From an uncultured Candidatus Saccharibacteria bacterium (lineage in GTDB: Bacteria > Patescibacteriota > Andersenbacteria > UBA10190): DNA of 64,000 bases. The notes under the pieces were generated by a model. That model was given only the letters and a program-made list of their open reading frames with translations, had not been told where the DNA came from and did no database searches. A program made the translations under genes and the position numbers. Shown in pieces: positions 1-9,999 of the stretch; the first letter of the stretch is position 1; each line of letters starts with the position of its first letter. Location: contig CAZSUC010000001.1 in NCBI GenBank assembly GCA_964610055.1, forward strand, positions 505,692-569,691, read 5' to 3'.

Positions 1-876
1 ACAACCCATTTGGGCTGGTTTCTGCGTCCCGTCCTCCTCTGTATACATAACCTTCATTGGTTCAGAATATTTCGTGCCTAATTGAAAAATATGCCCATTC
101 TCAACACAATTAATCGTTTTCATCTCTTTGCCACAATCTGGACACTGATTTTCTGTTTCCTCTGTTATTTCCGCATTCGCGACGTAACCACATTTTTCGC
201 AACGTAATATTTTATCTTCTCCACTTGCACACTCTACTTGAAATTCATGACTTACTTTACCTCCAATTGTACCGCTTTGAGCCCTGGCGACATGCACAGT
301 CAAATCGCATCGTTGGAAAATTTTTATATACGCTTCTTTAACCGCTTCATAATAAGTTTGTAAGTCTTCTAAATCACGATGAAAACTATACAAATCTTTC
401 ATGGTAAATTCCCTAACGCGTAACAATCCACCAGTCGCTCGAGCCTCATTCCGAAATTTTGTTTGAATCTGAAATACGGCCAAGGGTAAGTCTTTATATG
501 ATTCAATCGCGCTGCGACCTAGCACCGCCACTGCTTCTTCGTGCGTTGAAGCTAAAACTAAATCCTTTTCATGACGATCTTTAACGCGGAATAAAGGTGG
601 ATCCATGACGTCTAAACGACCACTTTCAGCCCATAAAGACGCCGGTTGCAATGCCGGCATCGATATTTCTTGTCCGCCAATCGCCCGCATTTCTTCTCGA
701 ATTATTGTTTCTACTTTCTGGGTTACTCGGTGCCCTAAAGGTAGTAAAGCAAAAATACCAGCACCAACCTGCTGTACATAACCAGCTCTAGTCAACAATT
801 TATGACTAACCGCCTCTGCGTCACTTGGGGCTTCTTTTCGTGCTTTACTGAATAGCTTGGCTTGATTTATCAGCAT
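1..876 (-). CDS. proS: Prolyl-tRNA synthetase, N-terminal 292 codons (gene continues beyond window start)
   Basis: Reverse-strand frame is open from an ATG at 874-876 to position 1 with no stop. Own translation reads MLINQAKLFSKARKEAPSDAEAVSHKLLTRAGYVQQ...DLVLASTHEE...EFTMKDLYSFH, which are class II ProRS N-terminus and motifs. Absent from the ORF track because it is truncated by the window edge. Confidence 0.85.
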   Translation of the reverse strand, partial: MLINQAKLFSKARKEAPSDAEAVSHKLLTRAGYVQQVGAGIFALLPLGHRVTQKVETIIREEMRAIGGQEISMPALQPASLWAESGRLDVMDPPLFRVKDRHEKDLVLASTHEEAVAVLGRSAIESYKDLPLAVFQIQTKFRNEARATGGLLRVREFTMKDLYSFHRDLEDLQTYYEAVKEAYIKIFQRCDLTVHVARAQSGTIGGKVSHEFQVECASGEDKILRCEKCGYVANAEITEETENQCPDCGKEMKTINCVENGHIFQLGTKYSEPMKVMYTEEDGTQKPAQMGC

Positions 877-885
877 AGTATTAAT

Positions 886-1968
886 TTAAAAAAATCTCTG
901 AATATCCTTAAAAGTGATCAAAAGCATGAGACCAATCAGTATCATAAATCCGATAGTATGGGTGCGCTGTTCAATTTGGGTCGCTAAACGCTTCCCTCGG
1001 ATCTTTTCTAACAGTACAAACAATATTCGTCCTCCATCAAGGGCTGGCAAAGGTAATATATTGATAATCGCTAAATTCAAACTAATTAAAGCGCCAAACT
1101 CTAAAATATACGCCCATCCTAATGAAGCGGCTTCTTTCGTATAAACCGCAATCCCAACCGGGCCAGCCAATTCAATCGTGCTGCCATTTCCTGTAATCAT
1201 CCGGCCAATAATTAAGCCAAATTGCGTCAAAATCGCTTTGAGCATTTCAAAAGTACGAACCAGTCCTTGCCACGGGGCTTGCCACCAGGGAAACTTTTGT
1301 AAACCAGTTGCTGCTAGCTCAATGCCTAATCGACCTTCTCCTTCTGGCGGATTATTGCGCACGGTCACAGTTACTGTTTCTTCTGTGCCCTGGCGATCTA
1401 CAACCATGGTGATTGCTTGTCCGGCCGCCGCTTCTGTTTCTGCCTGAATATCGTTAATACCAGGTTGTTCTATCTCATTAATTTTTATAATCCGATCCAA
1501 GCTTTGCAAGCCAGCTAGCTCAGCCGGTGATTCCGGAGCAACTCCTGTAATGTAAGTTTGAAAATCAGTCATATGCTGGTCGTTCTCTTGTTCCAGTAGC
1601 ATTGGTACCCCGACCACGCTTTGAGCAGATAATAAAATCCACGCCAGCACAACATTCATTACTACTCCGGCTGAAAGAATTATTATTCTCTGCCAAGCCG
1701 CTTTTGTCGCAAAGCTTCTTGGGCCGGGGTTATCATTTTCCATATCTTCTCCTTCAATCCGTACAAACCCACCAATCGGCAATAAATTAATCGAGTATTC
1801 CGTTTCTCCCCATTTATGCGACCAAAGTCGTGGCGGGAAACCAAATCCAAACTCTTCCACTAAACAGCCCGTTCTTTTAGCCGCTATAAAATGACCAAAT
1901 TCATGTATTAAAACAACTGCCAATAGCAGTCCGATAAACACTAAAGCGGCTAAGATAATCACATCCAT
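886..1968 (-). CDS. rseP: Site-2 protease RseP-type zinc metalloprotease (M50 family) with PDZ domain
   Basis: HEFGH zinc motif near the N-terminus, a central PDZ-like region, and an LDGG motif (NILPLPALDGG) in a polytopic membrane protein. Confidence 0.85.
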   Translation of the reverse strand: MDVIILAALVFIGLLLAVVLIHEFGHFIAAKRTGCLVEEFGFGFPPRLWSHKWGETEYSINLLPIGGFVRIEGEDMENDNPGPRSFATKAAWQRIIILSAGVVMNVVLAWILLSAQSVVGVPMLLEQENDQHMTDFQTYITGVAPESPAELAGLQSLDRIIKINEIEQPGINDIQAETEAAAGQAITMVVDRQGTEETVTVTVRNNPPEGEGRLGIELAATGLQKFPWWQAPWQGLVRTFEMLKAILTQFGLIIGRMITGNGSTIELAGPVGIAVYTKEAASLGWAYILEFGALISLNLAIINILPLPALDGGRILFVLLEKIRGKRLATQIEQRTHTIGFMILIGLMLLITFKDIQRFF

Positions 1969-2015
1969 ATAAAATACAGCTTACAAGGATAATAGCTGAC
2001 CGGCTAGAGGGAACA

Positions 2016-2576
2016 TTAAATTGTCCGCACTTCTTCTTCTTTGGCTTTAATTAGCTCAGCAATTCGGTCATTAGTTTTTCCGATCATCTCATCCAATACT
2101 TTTCTGCCACCAAAAAAATCATCTTCTGGGATTTCCCCGGATTTATGTTCTCGTTGTAACACGCTTAATCCTTCTTCTCGAGCTTGGCGTAATCTTACTC
2201 GAGCTTCCTCCGCTTTTTTATGCAATACCTTCACTGACTGCTCTCTCATCTCCTCTGTTAACATCGGAAAAGAAAGTCGCACAACTCGACCGTCCACGGT
2301 TGGCTGTGGTCCTAACTGGGCTTCAATAATAGCTTTTTGGATCGCCGGAATAGCTCCGGTATCCCAAGGTTGAATTACAATCGTACGGGCATCACTATTG
2401 GCGATTGAGGCTAATCCATTTAAAGGTGTGCGCGCCCCATAATGCTCAACCATCAAATTCTCTACCAAAGTCGCCGAAGCGCGTCCAGTTCTAATTTTAG
2501 TCAACTCATTTTTTAACCAAATCAAACTCTCGTCTGCTTTGGCCTGAAACTGATCCCGCACGTTGTTTATAGACAT
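2016..2576 (-). CDS. frr: Ribosome recycling factor
   Basis: 186 aa with RRF-typical sequence (LTEEMREQSVKVLHKKAEEARVRLRQAR) and length. Confidence 0.9.
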   Translation of the reverse strand: MSINNVRDQFQAKADESLIWLKNELTKIRTGRASATLVENLMVEHYGARTPLNGLASIANSDARTIVIQPWDTGAIPAIQKAIIEAQLGPQPTVDGRVVRLSFPMLTEEMREQSVKVLHKKAEEARVRLRQAREEGLSVLQREHKSGEIPEDDFFGGRKVLDEMIGKTNDRIAELIKAKEEEVRTI

Positions 2577-2641
2577 AAAAAATAATGCTAATAATCTTAT
2601 TTTAACTTAATCATCTTGCCGAAAAACCTCAATAGTGCTTT

Positions 2642-3397
2642 TCATGAAGGTAAGGAACCAATTAATAAATCACGTACCATACGCTCATTCCCTTTATGTG
2701 TAACTACGTAGTGATAATCCCTTAATCTTCCGAAAGCCTGTTTTATTTCCGGAGTCGGACCATATTCTCGTAATTTTGTTTCTAAAAACTCATAGATCGC
2801 CGTAAAATCACTTTCAGTTAAGGGCTCTTTACTCTGAGAATAACCAATTCTCTCTGTAGTAGTCTGAGTTAACCATGATGGCTGACCGTTCTCCTGTAAG
2901 GTATGCATAACCGGCATTCTTAACATCACACAACGAGAACGAATCGTTGGCAATACTCGCCGCCATCTTGTCGTCGTTAAGAGGAATCTGGTTAACTGTT
3001 TTGGTTCTTCTAGCGTTTTTAGCAACATATTAGCTGCCGCTAATTCCAAGCGATCAGCTTCAGTAATAATTACAATTCTCGGTCCAGTCCATGCTGATAA
3101 ATTCAGCCAGCTCTTAATTTGTCTAATCTCTTTAATTTTAATTCTATTATTCTCTTGAAATGTCGAGAGAATATTAGGATAACTCCCCTCTTTAATTTGT
3201 TTACAGCTTCGGCATTGTTCGCATGGCTCTAATTTTCCCTCTGTCTCGCAAAATAATTGCTGTTGCATAGTTAAAGCCGCTTTTGCCAAAGCATCCGCAC
3301 TATCTCCGTGTAATAATAACGGCTGCGGAATCGTTTCGCTTGCTATCCACTTATTAATTTGCTCTTGAAAAATATCTGTCTTATTCAGACTAGTCAT
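2642..3397 (-). CDS. holB: DNA polymerase III delta-prime subunit (clamp-loader AAA+ family)
   Basis: Clamp-loader-like sequence (LLLHGDSADALAKAALTMQQQLFCE...CEQCRSCKQI...IVIITEADRL...KTLEEP). The ORF as given overlaps secF, so the start is more likely the internal Met at 3397. That start forms an ATGA overlap with the secF stop. Confidence 0.7.
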   Translation of the reverse strand: MTSLNKTDIFQEQINKWIASETIPQPLLLHGDSADALAKAALTMQQQLFCETEGKLEPCEQCRSCKQIKEGSYPNILSTFQENNRIKIKEIRQIKSWLNLSAWTGPRIVIITEADRLELAAANMLLKTLEEPKQLTRFLLTTTRWRRVLPTIRSRCVMLRMPVMHTLQENGQPSWLTQTTTERIGYSQSKEPLTESDFTAIYEFLETKLREYGPTPEIKQAFGRLRDYHYVVTHKGNERMVRDLLIGSLPS

Positions 3398-4269
3398 CGC
3401 GCCGGTCTTCTCGCAAGCAAATCTAAGACTGGCGGAGCAACAAAAATTGACGAATATGTCCCCGCTATGATGCCCGTAATTAACGCTATCACAAACCATC
3501 TAATCGTTGTTCCACCAAGCAAAAGTAATGCCGTGAGAGTTAAGAGAGTTGTTAGAGAAGTGTTTAATGATCGAATTAAAGTTGCTCGCGCTGCTCGATC
3601 CATTAGTTCTGGCAAATTGGCTGATCGATCTAATATCCATTCTTGGCACATACGATTGAAAATAATGATCGTGTCATTGACGGAATATCCCAAAATCGCA
3701 AGCATTGCCGTGATAAACATTGTATCAATGCTTGCGCCTGTAAAATGACCAACTACAACAAATACTGCCGTTGTCACTAACAAATCATGAATCAATGCTA
3801 CCACCGCTGCTACTCCAAATTTCCAGGAAGAGACCAACCCATTACTTTGCCGAAAAGCATAGGCCAAATAGGCGATCATCCCGATAATCGACAATCCCAC
3901 GGCCATCCATGCCTTTTGCCTGAGCTCTGCCCCAATTGTTGGTCCAATCGACTCAAATCTTAACTCCTCAGTCATTAAATTAGATTCTTTAAGAGTATCT
4001 AGGACGCTTTGATGCTCTTCTTCGGATAACGGTGCTGTTCTGATAATCATTGTTCCATCCTGAGTCGATTGCACGGATACTTCGCGATCAGAAGCAGCCT
4101 GTAAAGCCGCACGTATATCAGCTGGAGCAGTTGTATTTGTCGAAATTTCCAACAATGAACCGCCCGTAAAATCTATTCCCCATAGCGGTTTTACTAACAC
4201 AATGATCGCCATAGAAGCTAGCAAGATAATTGCTAGGACATACATCCAAACGCGAGGATGCTTAATCAT
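3394..4269 (-). CDS. secF: Protein-export membrane protein SecF
   Basis: SecF-typical sequence (GIDFTGGSLLEI ... IHDLLVTTAVF ... SVNDTIIIFNRM) and membrane topology. Confidence 0.9.
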   Translation of the reverse strand: MIKHPRVWMYVLAIILLASMAIIVLVKPLWGIDFTGGSLLEISTNTTAPADIRAALQAASDREVSVQSTQDGTMIIRTAPLSEEEHQSVLDTLKESNLMTEELRFESIGPTIGAELRQKAWMAVGLSIIGMIAYLAYAFRQSNGLVSSWKFGVAAVVALIHDLLVTTAVFVVVGHFTGASIDTMFITAMLAILGYSVNDTIIIFNRMCQEWILDRSANLPELMDRAARATLIRSLNTSLTTLLTLTALLLLGGTTIRWFVIALITGIIAGTYSSIFVAPPVLDLLARRPAR

Positions 4270-5663
4270 ACTTTATCCTCCTGAATTGGCTTGGCTGATA
4301 ACAAGAACGGATTGCGACTAATTTTCAGCATTAACCATAATTTAAGAATAGGTTTAGTTACTACTACCGCAGTAAACATTGACAGAATAACTCCAAACGA
4401 AAAAGTAACCGCAAAACCACGAATCATTGAAGTGCCAAAGCTGTATAAAATAACCGCTGTAATCAGACTAGATACATTTGAAGCCAAAATAGAACTCCAG
4501 GCCTCTCGAAAGCCATCATTCACACTAAACATAACATCTTTACCGGCTCTCACATTTTCTCGAAAACGCTCAAAAATCAAGACATTAGCATCCACCGCCA
4601 TTCCAATCGAAAGAATAAGCCCGGCAATCCCAGCTAAAGTTAAAGTAACAGGCATTAACTTGATCAGAGTAATCAATACTGCCACGTATAAGGTTAAGGC
4701 TAAGGAAGCAATTAATCCGGGAGCACGGTAAAAAACAATCATCCACAACGCTACCGCCATCAATCCCAAAAGTGCGGCGGCTAAGCTTTGTTCAATTGAA
4801 CGTTGCCCCAAGGACGGACCAACAGTTTGCTGACCAATTAACTCAATCGGAACCGGTAACGCCCCAGCATTTAAACTCTGCGCCAAATCTTTTGCCTCTT
4901 GCACTGTAAAACCGCCTGAAATCACCGCGTGTCCATTAGTAATCTCAGATTGGACTACCGGTGCGCTAACTGGTACCCCGTCTAAATAAATAGCAATGCG
5001 TTTGTTCAAATTTTCTTTAGTTAGCTCCGCAAACAGCTCTTTCCCCTCATCGTTAAACTCCAAATTTACTTGCGGCGTGCCTGTAACCTGGTCAAATGAC
5101 ACAGTGGAATGTTTTAAATACTTGCCTGTTAGTTTAGTTCTTTCAAAAACTGGCCCCGTAATCTCACTAGTATCGTCTAAATTATATTGTTGTACTGCTT
5201 CTTCTTCACTAACCTCACGTCGAAAATCAAGCTGTGGAGTCTCTCCGATCAATTCAATCGCTTGATCAGAATCATGAATGCCAGCTAGCTCTACAATTAC
5301 CCGCTGCTCATCTCCAACTCGATTTGTTTGCACTACTGGTTCTGAAACACCAAAAGAGTTAACGCGTTTTTCAATTACATCTCGAACTCCGGCTAATGCA
5401 TCAGGGACTTCATCTGCTGACAAACCGCTTGTGTCGGCTCGATACACTAAATGCACCCCGCCCTGTAAATCTAAGCCAAGTTTAATGTTTAAATCTCGGT
5501 AAAAACTGCCTATATGAATGATGGGATGACTAGGCGAAGCAATCCAAAAACTAAACCCACCTAACAACGCAATCGCCCACACGGTTAACCATAAACGCAT
5601 TCGTTCTTGCATAAACCTACTATATCTATCTTTTGAGCTATTCGTAAAGCTCATAAAAAGCAT
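4266..5663 (-). CDS. secD: Protein-export membrane protein SecD
   Basis: SecD motifs (LGLDLQGGVHLVY, RTD-like C-terminal transmembrane bundle). Overlaps secF by 4 nt. Confidence 0.9.
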   Translation of the reverse strand: MLFMSFTNSSKDRYSRFMQERMRLWLTVWAIALLGGFSFWIASPSHPIIHIGSFYRDLNIKLGLDLQGGVHLVYRADTSGLSADEVPDALAGVRDVIEKRVNSFGVSEPVVQTNRVGDEQRVIVELAGIHDSDQAIELIGETPQLDFRREVSEEEAVQQYNLDDTSEITGPVFERTKLTGKYLKHSTVSFDQVTGTPQVNLEFNDEGKELFAELTKENLNKRIAIYLDGVPVSAPVVQSEITNGHAVISGGFTVQEAKDLAQSLNAGALPVPIELIGQQTVGPSLGQRSIEQSLAAALLGLMAVALWMIVFYRAPGLIASLALTLYVAVLITLIKLMPVTLTLAGIAGLILSIGMAVDANVLIFERFRENVRAGKDVMFSVNDGFREAWSSILASNVSSLITAVILYSFGTSMIRGFAVTFSFGVILSMFTAVVVTKPILKLWLMLKISRNPFLLSAKPIQEDKV

Positions 5664-5860
5664 CTGATTTTATGCGTTCTTGACATATAACATTAAACAT
5701 GATAAATTCTCATTAGGCCAAGCGGAATCACATTTTGCATCGCATCATGTGATTCACCCGGAGGTGTAATATTACAAGGGTATCGCTTGTTGTGGGAAGA
5801 TCGGTCCTCCCTGACGCTTCCAGTTCGGTCAGTCAGTCCTAGGCGCCTGACCCCGAACAA

Positions 5861-5912
5861 AGCAGTTACCAAGTCGAAAGGCGTATAGGTAACTGCTCTT
5901 TTTTATTTTCCG
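5861..5912. terminator. Bidirectional intrinsic terminator-like hairpin between secA and secD
   Basis: Stem AGCAGTTACC (5861-5870) pairs with GGTAACTGCT (5888-5897). Plus strand: followed by CTTTTTTATTTT. Minus strand: A-tract upstream and TTGTT downstream. It directly abuts the secA stop codon (5903-5905). Confidence 0.5.
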
Positions 5913-8500
5913 TGACACTTCTTAAACTTCTTTCCGCTCCCACAAGGACACAAATCATTGCGACCCACATTTTTATATTCATTCTTTACTGATTGTACCG
6001 GCTCTTGTTTCGGCTGTTGAGCTGTCGATAAATCAGCACCAATCCGATGCGGAGAGGTGGTATCACGATGTTGAGCAATGCCAGTTTGGGTCTCCTGTCG
6101 CACCGCCTGTGCCTTTAATACAGTCTCAATTAGTGATGCCTTAATCGTCGCTAATAAACGGACAAATAAGGTATAACCTTCTTTTTGATATTCAACTAAT
6201 GGATCACGTTGACCATACCCTCGTAACCCTATTCCCGTTCGCAAATAGTCCATCGTGTCTAAATGATCCATCCAATGCATATCAATTGATCGTAAGGCCG
6301 CCGCTTTTTCTAATTCCTTTAACATCTCAGGACCGAGTTGTTGTTTCTTAGCCTCAACTCCGGATAATAATATTTCAGTTGCCGCTTCAGTTAAAGCCTC
6401 TTGTCCCGCTTCGCTTCCGCGTCTTTGGGCAGTTTCAACTCCCGGCATCAATTTCTCTCGCCACTCGACAGTTTGTCCGCCTACCAAAGCATGTAATGAT
6501 TCTGCAATTTCCTCGATATCCCAATCAGACACTGATCTTACGCCGGTATGCACTTCAACTAACCCTCGTGCCTGATCAGATAATAAGGTTGGCACATATT
6601 CTTCAATCGGAACTGGTTCCTGACCCGATTCTTTCCAGGACCCGTTTAGCATTACCCCTTTTCGCAGAGTATAAATAGCGTTTCTCTGTTTATTCAAAAC
6701 ATTATCGTAAGATAAAACCTGTTTACGCATGTCAAAGTAATATCCTTCCACCCGCTCTTGCGCTCCTTCTAAAGCACGGCTCACCATACGACTTTCAATT
6801 GGTTGGTCTTCTGGCACTTTAAGACGCTGCATAATTCCTTTTAAGCGCTCGCCGCCAAAAATTCTCATGACATCATCTTCCAAACTCACAAAGAATTGAG
6901 TTGCTCCTGGATCTCCTTGCCGGCCCGATCTTCCTCGTAACTGATTATCAATACGTCGCGCTTCATGCCTTTCCGTACCTAATACAAACAAACCGCCTTT
7001 TTCCGCAATCCCTTCGCCAAGCTTAATATCCGTACCGCGTCCCGCCATATTTGTCGAAATTGTCACTGCTCCCGGTTGACCAGCTTTCGTAATAATTTCT
7101 GCTTCACGCTCATGGTGCTTGGCATTCAAAACTTCATGTGGCACTCCTTCTTTTTGCAAAAGTACTGATAAGTATTCTGATTTTTCAATGGCAACCGTAC
7201 CTACTAAAACTGGCTGCCCCGTTTCATGACGGCGCTTAATTTCCGTTGCGCATGCTTGAAACTTAGCTTTTTCTGTCGCAAAAATTCGATCCGGCAGATC
7301 TTGCCGGCGCATCTCTTTGTTAGTTGGAATTACAGATACATTTAAGTTATATACTTTCTCAAATTCCTCCGCGCTCGTAACTGCTGTTCCCGTCATACCA
7401 GCTAATCTGTTATATAGACGAAAATAATTTTGGAAAGTAATAGTCGCTAAAGTGCGGCTTTCTTGCTGTACTTTTACTCCTTCCTTAGCCTCAATCGCTT
7501 GGTGTAACCCCTCCGAATATCGACGTCCTTCCATCATCCTACCAGTAAATTCATCTACGATAATCACCTGCCCCTCCTTAACCACGTAATCTTTATCTCG
7601 GTGATACAAAGCGTACGCTCGCAAAGCTTGTTCTAAATGATGTACTACGCGCACACCGCGCTCCTCATAAATATTCTCTACTCCTAAAATACGTTCTACG
7701 CGCGCTATTCCTTCATCGGTCAAAACCGCAGCGCGTCTTTTTTCATCCACGTTATAATCCGTATTTTCTGTTAATTGCGGTACTAAACGAGAAAATTGCA
7801 CATATTCTTGAGTTGACTCAGCATCAGGCGCAGAAATAATTAAAGGCGTTCGGGCTTCATCAATTAAAATACTGTCCACTTCATCCACAATCGCGTAATA
7901 CAGAGGACGTTGCACCATTGCCGCTGGCATGACTGCCATATTATCTCGCAGATAATCAAAGCCAAACTCATTATTAGTTCCGTAAGTAATATCTGCTGCA
8001 TAAGCCTCTCTTTTCTCTTGCGGTTGCATTCCTGGCGCCACCACTCCGACTGTTAATCCAAAAAATTCATAGACTGGTCTCATCCAATCTGCATCGCGAC
8101 GGCTCAAGTAATCATTTGCGGTGACTAAATGTGCCCCTTTGCCCACCAAAGCATGTGTCACTAGAGGTAAGGTTGCGACCAAGGTTTTCCCTTCCCCAGT
8201 TTTCATTTCCGCAATTTCTCCGTCCAAAAGCGAAAGTCCACCCAAAAGCTGAACATCAAAATGACGCATGTTTAATGTCCTGCTCGCAGCCTCTCGCACC
8301 GCAGCAAAAATTTCATTCACATGCTGCTTAACCTGATCCCAATCTTGTCCTTGATATTGCGTTACTTTTTCTTTTAATTCTGCATCAGATAAACCCTCAA
8401 ACTTTGGCGCCAAAGACGTAATTTCACGTACTTGAGGCCAACGTGCTAAAGCAGCTCGCTCGTGACGACTTTTTATATTCAATAAACTTGTTAATCCCAT
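5903..8500 (-). CDS. secA: Preprotein translocase ATPase SecA
   Basis: 865 aa with DEAD-like motor motifs and a C-terminal zinc-binding tail (CPCGSGKKFKKCHGK). Confidence 0.95.
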   Translation of the reverse strand: MGLTSLLNIKSRHERAALARWPQVREITSLAPKFEGLSDAELKEKVTQYQGQDWDQVKQHVNEIFAAVREAASRTLNMRHFDVQLLGGLSLLDGEIAEMKTGEGKTLVATLPLVTHALVGKGAHLVTANDYLSRRDADWMRPVYEFFGLTVGVVAPGMQPQEKREAYAADITYGTNNEFGFDYLRDNMAVMPAAMVQRPLYYAIVDEVDSILIDEARTPLIISAPDAESTQEYVQFSRLVPQLTENTDYNVDEKRRAAVLTDEGIARVERILGVENIYEERGVRVVHHLEQALRAYALYHRDKDYVVKEGQVIIVDEFTGRMMEGRRYSEGLHQAIEAKEGVKVQQESRTLATITFQNYFRLYNRLAGMTGTAVTSAEEFEKVYNLNVSVIPTNKEMRRQDLPDRIFATEKAKFQACATEIKRRHETGQPVLVGTVAIEKSEYLSVLLQKEGVPHEVLNAKHHEREAEIITKAGQPGAVTISTNMAGRGTDIKLGEGIAEKGGLFVLGTERHEARRIDNQLRGRSGRQGDPGATQFFVSLEDDVMRIFGGERLKGIMQRLKVPEDQPIESRMVSRALEGAQERVEGYYFDMRKQVLSYDNVLNKQRNAIYTLRKGVMLNGSWKESGQEPVPIEEYVPTLLSDQARGLVEVHTGVRSVSDWDIEEIAESLHALVGGQTVEWREKLMPGVETAQRRGSEAGQEALTEAATEILLSGVEAKKQQLGPEMLKELEKAAALRSIDMHWMDHLDTMDYLRTGIGLRGYGQRDPLVEYQKEGYTLFVRLLATIKASLIETVLKAQAVRQETQTGIAQHRDTTSPHRIGADLSTAQQPKQEPVQSVKNEYKNVGRNDLCPCGSGKKFKKCHGK

Positions 8501-8510
8501 AGCGTGCAGC

Positions 8511-8816
8511 TTACCGGGTATTTGCTTTTTTGTCTCGTACTTTTTTAAGTTGTTGTTTAAGAGCTGTTAAAGCGGCATCAAAGACATCTTGAACATTTTC
8601 GCCATGACGCTCAGCATGCAAAACTTCCTTACCTTGGCTTACATTTAAAGCACACGTCACTACCTTGCCTTTAATATGGTGATTGCCTCGCTGAAAACGA
8701 ATATCAGCAATTCCGTGCTCATCCGCTAGTTTATCTAATTGCTGACATTTCTTCTGGATCAGCTCCAAATCAATTTCTGTTAATTCTAAACCTGTTTTTG
8801 AGATATTGTATTTCAT
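8511..8816 (-). CDS. hpf: Ribosome hibernation promoting factor / RaiA (short form)
   Basis: 101 aa with S30AE/YfiA-like sequence. Confidence 0.75.
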   Translation of the reverse strand: MKYNISKTGLELTEIDLELIQKKCQQLDKLADEHGIADIRFQRGNHHIKGKVVTCALNVSQGKEVLHAERHGENVQDVFDAALTALKQQLKKVRDKKANTR

Positions 8817-8821
8817 ATTAC

Positions 8822-9970
8822 TTAACTATAACCGTGGTTTTTATGGTGCGCTAGCGCCTTTTCTAGGATAGTTAAAACATTGTGCTGAAAATAGGTCTGA
8901 CTAAAACGTAAAGCCTGCTGTTGCGCTTTTTCCGAACGAAAACTGGTCTCTCGATTAATAAATTGCCGCATCGCTTCCGCTAACGCTTCTGGTGTTTGTT
9001 GATTATATAGCCAACCCGATTCCCCGTCCGCTACTATTTCTTGCGCGCCACCAACTTCATAAGCAATCACAGGACAACCACATGCTTGCGCTTCTGCCGC
9101 CGCCATTCCGAAATCTTCTTCCCCGGGCTGTAACAAGGCTCGAGCCTTACGATACAACTTCCGCAGCTCAATCTGGTCGACGTTACCAGCAAATCTAGTA
9201 TGCTTACCTGCGTATTGTCTTAATCTTTTTTCTTCTTCTCCGCGCCCAACAATAATTAAGCCAAAGCCTAATTTTTCACAAACTTCAATGGCATGATCAA
9301 AATGTTTACTGGAAGTTAAACGACCTACACACAAGAAAAAAGAGTTTTTTCGATTAACTCCTGTTTCATCAGGACAATAAAAAGTGGTATTAATCGGCGG
9401 ATAAATAACCGTGCTATTTTTACGATACAGCTGTTTAATTCTTTGCGCAGTCCATTCTGAATTTGCCATAAATAAATCTACTCGTTGCGCCGCCGCAAAA
9501 TCAGCTAAACGTAAGACATGTAACAACAAATGCGCTCCTGGTCTTTGCCAATTTGGCGCCCTTTTTAAAGCAGTTTGAGTAGTATCCCATAAGTACCGAG
9601 TCGGCGTGTGGCAATAACTTAAGTGTGGTACGTTAGCGCGCGTAATCACTCCTTTAGCAAATCCACTCGCTAAGCTAATCACAACATCGTAATCTGACAG
9701 ATCAAACTGTTCAGCGGCTTGCGGTAAAAACGGCAGCACTCTGCGCGGATGACGCCGAAACCAAATCGGCCAAGACTGTAAAAATGAAGTTCGTACTTTA
9801 TAAGTTTTTCCATCAACTGTAATTTGCGGCCGGCCAGCATATAAAGTGTACACATCTGCCTGGGGAAAAATGCGTAACATCTCTTCTAATACCACCTCCG
9901 CTCCACCACGCCGTGTTAATTCATCATGTACTAATGCAATCTTAACTTGGCTGGCTTTAAACATCATCAC
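8822..9970 (-). CDS. Glycosyltransferase family 4 (GT-B fold)
   Basis: C-terminal GT4 signature EDFGMAAAEAQACGCPVIAYEVGG (EX7E-like). Confidence 0.7.
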   Translation of the reverse strand: MMMFKASQVKIALVHDELTRRGGAEVVLEEMLRIFPQADVYTLYAGRPQITVDGKTYKVRTSFLQSWPIWFRRHPRRVLPFLPQAAEQFDLSDYDVVISLASGFAKGVITRANVPHLSYCHTPTRYLWDTTQTALKRAPNWQRPGAHLLLHVLRLADFAAAQRVDLFMANSEWTAQRIKQLYRKNSTVIYPPINTTFYCPDETGVNRKNSFFLCVGRLTSSKHFDHAIEVCEKLGFGLIIVGRGEEEKRLRQYAGKHTRFAGNVDQIELRKLYRKARALLQPGEEDFGMAAAEAQACGCPVIAYEVGGAQEIVADGESGWLYNQQTPEALAEAMRQFINRETSFRSEKAQQQALRFSQTYFQHNVLTILEKALAHHKNHGYS

Positions 9971-9999
9971 ATCATATTCAAAAAGCCGAACTCAAGCAA

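Noticed and set aside
3394-3397. ATGA start/stop overlaps (holB/secF at 3394-3397 and murD/mraY at 31190-31193) as something unusual
   Set aside because: This is ordinary translational coupling in compact genomes. I used it only to refine the holB and murD start codons.
5664-5912. Possible SRP RNA, tmRNA or RNase P RNA in the secD-secA gap
   Set aside because: I could not find the SRP domain IV consensus (GGAAGG...AGCAGC around a GNRA loop), a tmRNA tRNA-like end (GGTTCGAATCC...CCA), or the RNase P P4 motifs on either strand. I kept it only as an unassigned structured region.
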